Notes: a model not told the origin generated them from the sequence alone. A stretch of 60,054 nt of DNA from a virus (IMGVR_UViG_3300032092_000031:1-60054), one strand, 5' to 3'. Shown: positions 30,117 through 38,755, counted from the first letter of the stretch. Translations and numbers: made by a program.

Positions 30117-31016
30117 CTTACTGAAAATATCCTCAAAATCTTTACCTATAGGTTTTCCTGTTTGTTTATCAAAGTATATTCTTCCATAGACTCTAGGAGC
30201 GCTAGTTATCCCCATTTTCTCAGGAATACCTGTTACAACTTTGTCTATTCCTCTTTGAACTGATTTTGGCAACACTGCACCCATTGCAGAAGAAACCCCA
30301 TATAATGGATTAATATCCCACTTATCATAGTAACTGATATATGGACCTTTTGCGTCTTCTCCAATACTTACAGTGCCTTCTCCTAGCGACATGATTGTAC
30401 CTGTGTATCCTATTTTTTTACCTGAGTCATCCTTTGCTTCAGAGAAAAATCCTCCTTCTTTAATCTTAAGAGCGTTCTCTAAGTCTTGCTTTGATTTTAT
30501 AGGACCATTAAATCTTCCTTGCATTACTCCGTTTCTAACTAAATCAGAAAACAACTGTTTTTCAACACCAGGTATCTTGTAGTACTGCATATTAGGTTCA
30601 GCACCTACTGTTGGTTTATATTCTGATTTCTGAACAGTATTAAATCTTTGTGGCTTACCAGCCCACATATTAACTAGGTCTAATCTATTCTTCATTTCAT
30701 TATCACCTGAGTCAGATTTAACATAATGTTCAGTAAGCAATCTAGCCATACTCGTCTTGTTTAAGACTCCTGCATTAAAAAACTTTTTAGCAGATAAAAA
30801 TGCATTTTCAGCTTTTTGGTCTAACTTACTTTTAGATTGAGACAACTCATCGGTATATCCAAGTGGCTCTATATTACTAGCAATATTACTAGAAATCTGC
30901 TTACCTACTTTCTTAAGTGTAGTATAAGCCCCTCCTGCTGAAGGTAAAAATGCTCCACCCTCAAATAGCTGTCTTAATAATGACTGTTGTTTAGGTTTAG
31001 GATTAGTGTCTGCCAT
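29991..31016 (-). CDS. Hypothetical protein, possibly virion-associated
   Basis: 341 aa; GPYISYYDKWDINP motif; MADT N-terminus like the large cargo protein. Confidence 0.6.
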   Translation of the reverse strand: MADTNPKPKQQSLLRQLFEGGAFLPSAGGAYTTLKKVGKQISSNIASNIEPLGYTDELSQSKSKLDQKAENAFLSAKKFFNAGVLNKTSMARLLTEHYVKSDSGDNEMKNRLDLVNMWAGKPQRFNTVQKSEYKPTVGAEPNMQYYKIPGVEKQLFSDLVRNGVMQGRFNGPIKSKQDLENALKIKEGGFFSEAKDDSGKKIGYTGTIMSLGEGTVSIGEDAKGPYISYYDKWDINPLYGVSSAMGAVLPKSVQRGIDKVVTGIPEKMGITSAPRVYGRIYFDKQTGKPIGKDFEDIFSKLQSEAKQVEQPVEEGKQSPGSTGGFAGLLKKKSSGPVGKKK

Positions 31017-31019
31017 ATC

Positions 31020-31286
31020 TTATCCTTTTAATCTACTCATAAAAGCTTTCTGCATAGCGTTCTCAAACTGCTCGCTATTATCTTTACCACCCATCTCGGT
31101 CTTAACACCTTTTCTCTTCTTGATAACTTCCATAACTCTCTTCATGTTTACGTTAGGTTTGCTATCTTTCTTTTTCATCATATCGTCTCTTTGCTTCTGC
31201 ATAGATTCTTCAAACTTTGATTGTAAGCTAGGTTTACCCATTTCGCCTACTTTACCCTTATCCTGATTTTTACCTTTGTCTTGCAT
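31020..31286 (-). CDS. Small K/M-rich basic protein
   Basis: 88 aa, in-operon spacing. Confidence 0.6.
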   Translation of the reverse strand: MQDKGKNQDKGKVGEMGKPSLQSKFEESMQKQRDDMMKKKDSKPNVNMKRVMEVIKKRKGVKTEMGGKDNSEQFENAMQKAFMSRLKG

Positions 31287-31291
31287 TTTAT

Positions 31292-31666
31292 CTATTTTTT
31301 AGGTTTACCTATTGTTACGTTTTTACCTTTTTTATAATTTTGAGTAAAATATAGTGCATCGTCATCGTTCTTGAACTTAATGAACTCTCCTGTCTTTCTA
31401 GCGTAGTCATAAGCATCATCTGAGCTTAAGAATTTTAATCCTTCATTTGTTTTCACAACCCTTGGATAAGCCATACCATCCGAAACCTCCATGAAATGCG
31501 TCATGCTTCTTGTGTTATCTTCTGGGTCTGGAATAGATTCTGGATTAGATTCGAACATTCTCTTAACAAAGTTTTTAGACATATTAGCATTCAATACGCT
31601 ATCAACATTCATTTTAGGTCCGCCTTGCCTTTGTCTTATAGCTTCAGATATTCTACCTAAATCCAT
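31292..31666 (-). CDS. Hypothetical protein
   Basis: 124 aa; THFM..YPRV..AYDYARKTGEFIKF motif. Confidence 0.65.
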   Translation of the reverse strand: MDLGRISEAIRQRQGGPKMNVDSVLNANMSKNFVKRMFESNPESIPDPEDNTRSMTHFMEVSDGMAYPRVVKTNEGLKFLSSDDAYDYARKTGEFIKFKNDDDALYFTQNYKKGKNVTIGKPKK

Positions 31667-31668
31667 TA

Positions 31669-31911
31669 TTATCTATTTTTACCTTTATGTAATCCGTGAT
31701 TCGCGAATTGTTTACCTGCTTTAGTTGCTGCTCTTTTAGTAGCATTGGCTGCTGCAAGTTTTCTTTGTCCTTCCTGTGTACTCTTTAACTTAGAAATAGT
31801 CTTTGCCGGTGCATATACTTCCCCTGTTTTACCAGATGGCTTACCGCTTGCCGTTGTCCATTTCTGCTTAGTCCACCTATCTAGACTTTTTTGTGACTCA
31901 CTCTTTTCCAT
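31669..31911 (-). CDS. DUF5872-like protein, C-terminal half
   Basis: SQKSLDRWTKQKWTTASGKPS; probable ATG at 31911. Confidence 0.6.
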   Translation of the reverse strand: MEKSESQKSLDRWTKQKWTTASGKPSGKTGEVYAPAKTISKLKSTQEGQRKLAAANATKRAATKAGKQFANHGLHKGKNR

Positions 31912-31912
31912 A

Positions 31913-32083
31913 CTACTTGTATCCTCCACCTTTTGCTTTATATTCCTTAGCTAACATTTGACTTTTTCTAGCAGACCACTCTCCAGAGTTACCTCCTTTG
32001 TTACCTGCTTTGATTTTCTCAAACAAGCCTTTTCTCATAGTAGGCTTAGTATAGTTGCCGGCTTTGTTTACAGTGCTTTTCAT
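31913..32083 (-). CDS. DUF5872-like protein, N-terminal half (56 aa)
   Basis: Read by hand: MKSTVNKAGNYTKPTMRKGLFEKIKAGNKGGNSGEWSARKSQMLAKEYKAKGGGYK; -7 element at 32103-32110. Confidence 0.7.
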   Translation of the reverse strand: MKSTVNKAGNYTKPTMRKGLFEKIKAGNKGGNSGEWSARKSQMLAKEYKAKGGGYK

Positions 32084-32114
32084 TTTTACTTTATTCTGTA
32101 TGCAAAGATATGCT

Positions 32115-32588
32115 TTAAATCATTTTGTGATTTTCAACTAGCTTGAGCCTGCTTCCATTAAACATGATATCCGGATTCAACCAATACTCTAAACTTGAAC
32201 CCATCTTCCTGGCAACCACATTAGCCTCAATAAGACCATTAATCGCAAGTCTAAATGTTGGTTCAGACATATTACCTAAAACAGCCGTAATATCATCCTT
32301 ATTGAGAAATACATAGTCTCTCATGGGTCGTACTCTAGAGCATATGTAAAAGAATATTCTCATGCTTTGGTACGGAAGATTCATCAAGACATCTGATTTG
32401 TCCTGGAACAGTTTTATGTATATCTTTGAATCGTGAAGCACCTTTTTATTTTTAGGAAGCTTCTTCATAGAGTAGAGTTCTCCTGTGTTAGGGTCAATCG
32501 TTATTGTCTCACTATCTGAGGTCATATACTCTTTCAACTCTATGCCTGTAGGCTTAAATGGATTTTGTAGGTATTCTTTCTGTTTCAT
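32115..32588 (-). CDS. RepL-like winged-helix DNA-binding protein
   Basis: TIDPNTGE, YIKLF, HTH region and YWLNPDIMFNG match the RepL-type pattern; first gene of the minus arm; -7 element TACGTTTG at 32594-32601. Confidence 0.6.
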   Translation of the reverse strand: MKQKEYLQNPFKPTGIELKEYMTSDSETITIDPNTGELYSMKKLPKNKKVLHDSKIYIKLFQDKSDVLMNLPYQSMRIFFYICSRVRPMRDYVFLNKDDITAVLGNMSEPTFRLAINGLIEANVVARKMGSSLEYWLNPDIMFNGSRLKLVENHKMI

Positions 32589-32601
32589 ATCTACAAACGT
32601 A

Positions 32602-33596
32602 AATTCTTTCTTTTAAAGAAAAAAATTTTTCTATCCTAGTGTTAATAATCAATGAGTTATAACATTTCCTTCTTAATGTATATTAATAGTTACTTTTCTA
32701 ATAAATAGAGACCAAAAATAGTCCCTAATTTAAGCTCTAAAATGACCTAAAAAAGATATAGGTTTCTAGTATGACCCTATTTAACTGTTTCATTGCATGC
32801 CGGACTATTGCTAAATAGCAAGATATACTTCCGAATTTGGACCTATTTTGTTACGGACTTTGGCAAATAGTCTCTAACAATTCTAAAAAATTACTAAATA
32901 CCATTTTCTATTTTAACAGCCTAAAATGGGGTTTAAAAAGTGTTTTGTGTATAACCGAGTGGGGTTCTCTCTATACACACCCCCAGGCGTACCGCTCGGG
33001 TAATTGCGTTTCCCTGCCCGTGTACCCTACACATATGAATTTTTTGTAATATGATGGCTTTTCTTTACATATGGTAATTTTATTTTATACGAAATAGCCT
33101 AAACTTTTTAGCATGGCTACTAAATATATTAGTACTAACTTCTTTGGGATACTTTACTAACTTTTTTAGTATTACCAGTACACAATATGTCGATGTTATT
33201 GCGTGTTTTTTATAGCGTCAATCCTTCTAATATATACCCCTAAATAACTACCTTACTATTCATACTTTACCCCTATATTTTTACCACTATATTTATACCC
33301 TTTCTTTGTCTTATTTAATATCCCCAAAATTTGCAAATAACTGTCAAATTTTGTGGCTATATTTTTACCCTTTATTAGCTGTTATTTTATCTTATATCCC
33401 TTGCTTTATTTTTTACTTGCCATTCTTTTTTTACTTGTATCTTTTCCAATTTTACCGCTTATCTAGCTATTTTACCGCTTAAATATAATTTGAAAAATAA
33501 ATACCCCTATTTGATTGTCGAATATACCCGCCCCCATAACTTCGTTCTCATATTTATTAATCGGGCAAAAAAGTAAGTCCCACAATTTTATGTTTT
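32602..33596. other. ~1 kb non-coding divergence region (probable genome terminus/packaging or origin region)
   Basis: No credible ORF; GC-rich patch 32957-33028; G-poor plus strand with repeated TATACCC/TTTACC motifs. Confidence 0.5.
32808..32821. promoter_or_regulatory. Palindromic operator-like site TTGCTAAATAGCAA
   Basis: Same TTGCTA-N2-TAGCAA at 39394 and 44029. Confidence 0.5.
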
Positions 33597-34028
33597 ATGA
33601 AAAATACAAAAGTGAATTTTACAATTGACGCCGCTTCGTTTGTTAATCTTAAAGGAGCGAATTTTTCAGGCTTAACTAGACACGCTGAAATTTCGGTTAA
33701 TGATTCGGACACTTGGGGTAAAGGTTTAACGCCTTTATTCAGTCAGTTAGTACAAAGTATGTTCAAAGGTATTGCAAAAGGTCAGCCAATTAATTGGGCA
33801 ATGTCGGTAATTAACGAATCAGGTAGCGTACTTGTTGAAGGTAGTGAAGTAATGAAGGGTGATTCTGTTAGCACTGCAAAAGCTATCTTTAAGGCTATAA
33901 GGGTACAATTTGCCCCTGAGGTTGAAGGGTTAGACATGCAGAATTTACCTAAAATTTCGGCTATAAAACAAGCCTATAAAGACGCTGCAAATAAGCGTTT
34001 AACCTTTGCAGAATTATGCGAAAATTAA
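33597..34028 (+). CDS. First early gene, hypothetical protein
   Basis: 143 aa; candidate promoter TAACTTCG at 33537-33544. Confidence 0.75.
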   Translation: MKNTKVNFTIDAASFVNLKGANFSGLTRHAEISVNDSDTWGKGLTPLFSQLVQSMFKGIAKGQPINWAMSVINESGSVLVEGSEVMKGDSVSTAKAIFKAIRVQFAPEVEGLDMQNLPKISAIKQAYKDAANKRLTFAELCEN

Positions 34029-34029
34029 G

Positions 34030-34490
34030 GTAGTATTTCGGGCTATATTAGGACATTGCGAATAGATGTCCGCTAATATCGGATATTAGTATAGCCCCCA
34101 ATAGTTATGCAATTCGCTCTAAAATTGCCGTATGTATATAGTTGCTGCACATAGATAGCGTAATTCTATATATTTATATTGAATCTTTGAAATTGTTGTC
34201 CCTTTACTTTGCAATTTAGCAAAGTGAATCCAATTAGGATAAACACTAATTAACCGAAATATTTTTTCAAGTATTTCATTAGTGCCTGAATCATTACGCT
34301 ACATATACATATATGTAGGGGAGTTCGTAATTGTATATAAGTCAAGCATCGGTTACATTAGGAGTGTAAACGCGTGAAGGTATACGAGTCGAAAGTCAAT
34401 ATTGATAGCAAAATATATGAGTCGACTATAAACAAACATAACATATATACAGGAAAGGGTAATACTATTTAGTGTTACCCTTTTTCTTTA
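34030..34490 (+). ncRNA. Putative large structured non-coding RNA
   Basis: ORF-free, with at least 8 complementary stems including a long-range closing helix and crossing (pseudoknot) pairings; ends in a terminator. Confidence 0.55.
34454..34489 (+). terminator. Intrinsic terminator
   Basis: AAAGGGTAATACTA / TAGTGTTACCCTTT stem running into TTTTTCTTT. Confidence 0.75.
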
Positions 34491-34492
34491 TA

Positions 34493-34536
34493 GCCACGAC
34501 ACGAAAGGTGTAGCATTCGATTGCATCGTGGCACTA
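34493..34536 (+). ncRNA. Mini tRNA-like hairpin element
   Basis: GCCACGA/TCGTGGC 7-bp stem, CAC-GAAAG-GTG hairpin, GCA-TTCGAT-TGC T-loop-like arm, 3' ACTA. Confidence 0.4.
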
Positions 34537-34605
34537 TTTTATTTAACTATTTCGTAAAAACGGAATGGGGTAAAAATTTTTTATTTCATCATTAAATTAA
34601 ATTTT

Positions 34606-34788
34606 ATGGCAAAGTATTATCAAGTAGTTACTCATGAATTATTAGGGGAGGAGAAAGTTACATATGCTAGAAGGTATAGCAATAAGGAGAAGGCTATGCA
34701 GATAGCCGAATCTTTAATTGAAGACGGCTACACATATGTAAAGATAGAAGATAGTAAAGGAGAAACATATGCAGAATATGAAATCTAA
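34606..34788 (+). CDS. Hypothetical protein
   Basis: 60 aa with A-rich leader. Confidence 0.65.
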   Translation: MAKYYQVVTHELLGEEKVTYARRYSNKEKAMQIAESLIEDGYTYVKIEDSKGETYAEYEI

Positions 34789-34799
34789 AATATAAGCAT

Positions 34800-35003
34800 A
34801 TGATATTTAGAAGGTGTAATTCCGGTAACTATACAGCTATAGTGTCCGGCTTTTTTGTGTCCGTAACTAGCTATAAGGATAACAAGGATACTATGTGGAC
34901 ATATAGCATAGACGGAAGTGAGCCCGATAGGGCTTACTATACTAAGAAGCTATGTGTCAAGCGGTTAAAAGAAGAATTAAATTTTATCATCAATAACAAT
35001 TAA
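34800..35003 (+). CDS. Hypothetical protein
   Basis: 67 aa, operon spacing. Confidence 0.6.
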   Translation: MIFRRCNSGNYTAIVSGFFVSVTSYKDNKDTMWTYSIDGSEPDRAYYTKKLCVKRLKEELNFIINNN

Positions 35004-35006
35004 GCT

Positions 35007-35126
35007 ATGTCAAATCTATTGCACATCGTACACGATACGCTGTTTACTTTATTTATTGGGCTCGGTCTATTCATTGTAGGCTCTGCGGTAAAATCTTTAT
35101 TCACTAAAAAGAAAGCAACATGTTAG
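35007..35126 (+). CDS. 39-aa single-TM peptide
   Basis: Read by hand: MSNLLHIVHDTLFTLFIGLGLFIVGSAVKSLFTKKKATC. Confidence 0.5.
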   Translation: MSNLLHIVHDTLFTLFIGLGLFIVGSAVKSLFTKKKATC

Positions 35127-35224
35127 TAGTAATTCCAGTCATGTCGATAATTTTTGCCATTCTGATTGTAAGAGATGCAAATAAAAGTGAAACAGGATAC
35201 ACGGATAAATTTCTAAACCTCTAA
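35120..35224 (+). CDS. 34-aa single-TM peptide
   Basis: Read by hand: MLVVIPVMSIIFAILIVRDANKSETGYTDKFLNL. Confidence 0.45.
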   Translation: MLVVIPVMSIIFAILIVRDANKSETGYTDKFLNL

Positions 35225-35234
35225 ATAAAAAGTC

Positions 35235-35597
35235 ATGATAAATGCAAAGGAAGAGTTATTGGAAGTACTAAGTGATATTAAGAAAAAATATAACGCAGAA
35301 GTGCTATGTGCTAGTATTTACTTTGGTAGTGCTGCTAGCGTAAGCCTTGGAGAAGAACGCTTTGAATTAAAGCAAGGTTATACAAATGAAGAGTTTGATT
35401 TCTTCTTATCAAAACTTGATTTTGAATATCATAACGGATATGGTATTCAGTCATTATTTGGTAAAGTGTGGATGACAAATGGAGTTTGGTTAGATAGGGG
35501 AGAGTATGACGGCTCAGAGTGGTGGGAGGATTACAAATATCCTGAACTTCCCACTGATGTAATAATAAATGAATCACTTAAATTTCTAAACCTATAA
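35235..35597 (+). CDS. Conserved phage hypothetical protein
   Basis: Y.NGYG...G.VW...WL.R.EYDGSEWW motif common in phages. Confidence 0.75.
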   Translation: MINAKEELLEVLSDIKKKYNAEVLCASIYFGSAASVSLGEERFELKQGYTNEEFDFFLSKLDFEYHNGYGIQSLFGKVWMTNGVWLDRGEYDGSEWWEDYKYPELPTDVIINESLKFLNL

Positions 35598-35607
35598 ATC
35601 AAATGTT

Positions 35608-37242
35608 ATGAAAACTTATGTAGATTGGTTCAATGAACTACCTGAGCCGTATAGGACTCAGGCCCTGGAAAATGTAAGGAGTGGTAGATGCTCGCATTCT
35701 AATGAGTATGACGAGAGCGACACATTCATATCAATGGCTCAAGCTATTACTATGACTATGCGTTGGAGTCATACCCCACAAGGTCATGAGTATTGGAATG
35801 AACTGTATGATAAGTACACGGAAGAACATAGGGAGGCGCAGCGTATACAAGAGGCTATAGAGGAGCAGAAGGAGGAGGAGGAACGTGCGAGGATTCGTGA
35901 ACTTCACAAGATTAGTGGAGATAGGCTTGTTACATTTAGTGATTCAACACGCTCTATGTTAAGAGAATTGTCAGACCATAGTATCATAGCTAGCTTAATG
36001 CTACACTATTCTGATAAGAATCTATTTTGCGACTACGTAACTATGCGTGGCGAAATGTTTTCTTATCTACCAAAAGGTAGACCCCACATCGTTAACGATA
36101 GCGGTAGATGGGCGAGAGAAGGTAGGCAAGAGATGAAGCCAGGCAAGTTGGCTAGAAAGATACTACACGAGGTAGATGAGGTAAGGGATACGCTTTTTCG
36201 CAGAGTTGAATTAACCGACAAGGACTTTGAGCAGTTCGGTAACATGGTAAGGTCGTACATAGGTATTAACGGAGATGAAGACGGAGAAGGTAGAACGCTA
36301 ACCATACAAGTATTGTCAGGCGAAGACATACGTAAGGGTTATCATGAGGATAACTATAGCCAACTTGCAGATAGTGGCAGCAACTTGTGGGGTTCATGTA
36401 TGAGGTACGGCTCTTGTCAAGATTACTTCGACATATATGTAGAGAACAATGTCAAGATGTTAGTAGCCAAAGATACGATTGGTAAGATTGTAGGCAGGGC
36501 GTTACTATGGGAGTGCGAGAACGGTAGGAAGGCAATGGATACTATTTACTGCCCTGACAAAGTTAGGCAAGTGTTTATCAAGTGGGCTATTGATAACGAT
36601 TACTATTACAAGTCTCAGCAGTCATGCCATCATCATGAGTTCGATATGTATGCAGGTGCTAGTTGTAGTGATTGGGAGGCTGTTGTAAAGTTATCTGATG
36701 CTGACTTTTGCGAGTATCCGTACATGGATACTATGATGTATCTTAATCAAGATAGAAAGTTATTATCTAACAGAGATGACGATTATACACATACGTTAAG
36801 ATGCACTGACGGAGGATATGATGAAAATGGCGTGTACGATGATTTAGATGACCGTACTATTAGTGAAGAGGATTCGGTTTATTTATCCTATTGCACTGAC
36901 CAAGTAAGTTGGAGTGGCACTACTCACATAGACAACACGGTTATGACACGAGACGGGTATAGAGTATTAGATAGAGATTCAGTTTATGTAGGATGCGATT
37001 ACTATGCAGAAGGTTCGGATAGTATAGTTTGGGTTGATTCAAGAGATGAGTATTGCCGTGTAGATGATACAACTGAAACATATGACGGAGATACTATTCA
37101 CGAAGATGATGCAGAAGAGTGTGCTCATACTGGCCACACATATCACAGAGATGACATGACAGAGGTTGAGGTGTATGTTTGGGTACACAAGGATAGCGTT
37201 GAAGATTATTTAGAACAATTAAAAGAAGAAGAAAATGTTTAA
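35608..37242 (+). CDS. Multidomain phage protein (SCM / GRALLW / MD.IY / YPYMDT core, acidic C-terminal repeats)
   Basis: 544 aa; motifs MKPGKLARKI, GSCMRY, VGRALLW, MDTIY, YPYMDT; overlaps the peptidase gene. Confidence 0.75.
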   Translation: MKTYVDWFNELPEPYRTQALENVRSGRCSHSNEYDESDTFISMAQAITMTMRWSHTPQGHEYWNELYDKYTEEHREAQRIQEAIEEQKEEEERARIRELHKISGDRLVTFSDSTRSMLRELSDHSIIASLMLHYSDKNLFCDYVTMRGEMFSYLPKGRPHIVNDSGRWAREGRQEMKPGKLARKILHEVDEVRDTLFRRVELTDKDFEQFGNMVRSYIGINGDEDGEGRTLTIQVLSGEDIRKGYHEDNYSQLADSGSNLWGSCMRYGSCQDYFDIYVENNVKMLVAKDTIGKIVGRALLWECENGRKAMDTIYCPDKVRQVFIKWAIDNDYYYKSQQSCHHHEFDMYAGASCSDWEAVVKLSDADFCEYPYMDTMMYLNQDRKLLSNRDDDYTHTLRCTDGGYDENGVYDDLDDRTISEEDSVYLSYCTDQVSWSGTTHIDNTVMTRDGYRVLDRDSVYVGCDYYAEGSDSIVWVDSRDEYCRVDDTTETYDGDTIHEDDAEECAHTGHTYHRDDMTEVEVYVWVHKDSVEDYLEQLKEEENV

Positions 37243-38311
37243 TAAGCAACTACTAATAGACATATTATCCGTTCAGTCAGAAACTTACAACTCTGTTGAC
37301 ATGGAGAACTTCATCATGGATAGGCTTGATGAAATGAATATAGATTACGTTATGGATAACGGTAATATCTATGCAGCAAAAGGTGGAGCAGACTCTTACC
37401 CATGCATAGTTTCTCACATGGATACGGTGCACAAGATTATACCGCAAGATAGGTTCAAGATTATGCATGATGACTATTGTGCAATGGGTTTCGACAGGGG
37501 GCTTAATATGCCTAGTGGTTGTGGTGGCGATGATAAGGTAGGTATATTCGTATGCCTTACTATGCTCAAACACCTGGACAATGTAAAGGTTGTATTTTTT
37601 CGTGATGAGGAGGTAGGTTGTGTTGGTAGTAGCGATGCCATGCTAGAATTCTTCGATGATGTTAGATTTATATTGCAGTGTGATAGGAAGGGTAACAAAG
37701 ATTTTGTAAATAATATCTTTGGCTTGGATTTGCAGAGTTCCGACTTCTCTAATGACGTGCTCACTATCATCAAGCGTTATGGCTATGAGTTTTCCGATGG
37801 CGGTATGACCGATGTGTATCAACTTGCACTCGATGGTGTTGGCGTATCGGTTGCTAACATGAGTTGTGGTTACTACAACCCACATAGCGATGATGAGATT
37901 GTTGTATTCGATGATGTTAATAACTGTATGCTCATGGTATATGAGATTATGACTACTATGACTGACACTTACAAGCATAAGGCAGATAGGTCATATGCGT
38001 ATGGCACAGGTTATTATAGTGGATATGGTGGATACAATAAGTGGAGCAACACTACCGCCAATGATAAAAAGTATGACTCATACGATTGGGATTCATACGA
38101 TAGCTGGCTAGGGCTCGACACAAAGAAAAAGGGCAGCCTAAAAGATGATGAGTTCTTATGCGATGATTGTAACAACGTACATAAAGTAGGAGATGCCGAA
38201 TACTTACAAGACTTTGATGCGATAGTATGTAAATCATGCTTCGACATATACGAGAAAGATATGTATACGGCTCAAAAACATATTAAAAATAATCAAAAGC
38301 AATTAAATTAA
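37235..38311 (+). CDS. M28/M20-like zinc peptidase with C-terminal Zn ribbon
   Basis: SHMDTVH, GGDDKVG, DEEVG, QCDR, GYYNPH metal-binding motifs; CDDC...CKSC. Confidence 0.85.
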   Translation: MFNKQLLIDILSVQSETYNSVDMENFIMDRLDEMNIDYVMDNGNIYAAKGGADSYPCIVSHMDTVHKIIPQDRFKIMHDDYCAMGFDRGLNMPSGCGGDDKVGIFVCLTMLKHLDNVKVVFFRDEEVGCVGSSDAMLEFFDDVRFILQCDRKGNKDFVNNIFGLDLQSSDFSNDVLTIIKRYGYEFSDGGMTDVYQLALDGVGVSVANMSCGYYNPHSDDEIVVFDDVNNCMLMVYEIMTTMTDTYKHKADRSYAYGTGYYSGYGGYNKWSNTTANDKKYDSYDWDSYDSWLGLDTKKKGSLKDDEFLCDDCNNVHKVGDAEYLQDFDAIVCKSCFDIYEKDMYTAQKHIKNNQKQLN

Positions 38312-38313
38312 TT

Positions 38314-38511
38314 ATGAACATAACAATAAACATAATAGAATTAGCTAGTGAGTTAGCTAGTGAAAGGCTTCACGATGATTGGGAAAACTCTGTAAAGATA
38401 TATAAAGATGATAATTCAGATATACTAGAGTATACTGATGAAGCACAGGATATATTCAATGACCTATACGATAAATATTATTCAATAATTGAAAACACTA
38501 AATCAAATTAA
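38314..38511 (+). CDS. Hypothetical protein
   Basis: 65 aa; YTDEAQDIFN motif. Confidence 0.65.
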   Translation: MNITINIIELASELASERLHDDWENSVKIYKDDNSDILEYTDEAQDIFNDLYDKYYSIIENTKSN

Positions 38512-38512
38512 C

Positions 38513-38752
38513 ATGAGTAAAGATTATGTAACAACTTGGAACACGAAAGCTAAAGAAGTATTAGTAGGAAAAAAGATAGTAGAAGCTAGATACCTGAATG
38601 ATGAAGAGATGGAGATGATGGGTTGGGGTAGTAGGTCACTATGCTTTTTTCTAGACGACGGAACATCATGTATGCTATCAATGGATGATGAAGGCAACGA
38701 TGGTGGTGTACTATTTTACGGCTCCAATGGAGTATTACCAACAATACATTAA
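38513..38752 (+). CDS. Hypothetical protein
   Basis: LVGKKIVEARY...SMDDEGNDGG motif; ATG 38513 preferred over TTG 38489. Confidence 0.65.
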   Translation: MSKDYVTTWNTKAKEVLVGKKIVEARYLNDEEMEMMGWGSRSLCFFLDDGTSCMLSMDDEGNDGGVLFYGSNGVLPTIH

Positions 38753-38755
38753 TAT

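Noticed and set aside
1900-31954. Many 60-115 aa plus-strand ORFs in the track (e.g. 1900, 5492, 8936, 9647, 10163, 26451, 27866)
   Set aside because: Antisense shadows of long minus-strand genes with low-information composition
32837-33049. 70-aa ORF in the divergence region
   Set aside because: TTG start, no typical leader, implausible composition
34030-34490. Group I intron, tmRNA or RNase P identity for the large RNA
   Set aside because: No interrupted gene and no recognisable P7/J8-7, tag ORF or P4 consensus by eye; an Rfam scan is needed to exclude fully
34821-34858. Terminator-like hairpin + T-tract
   Set aside because: Imperfect stem inside a plausible CDS
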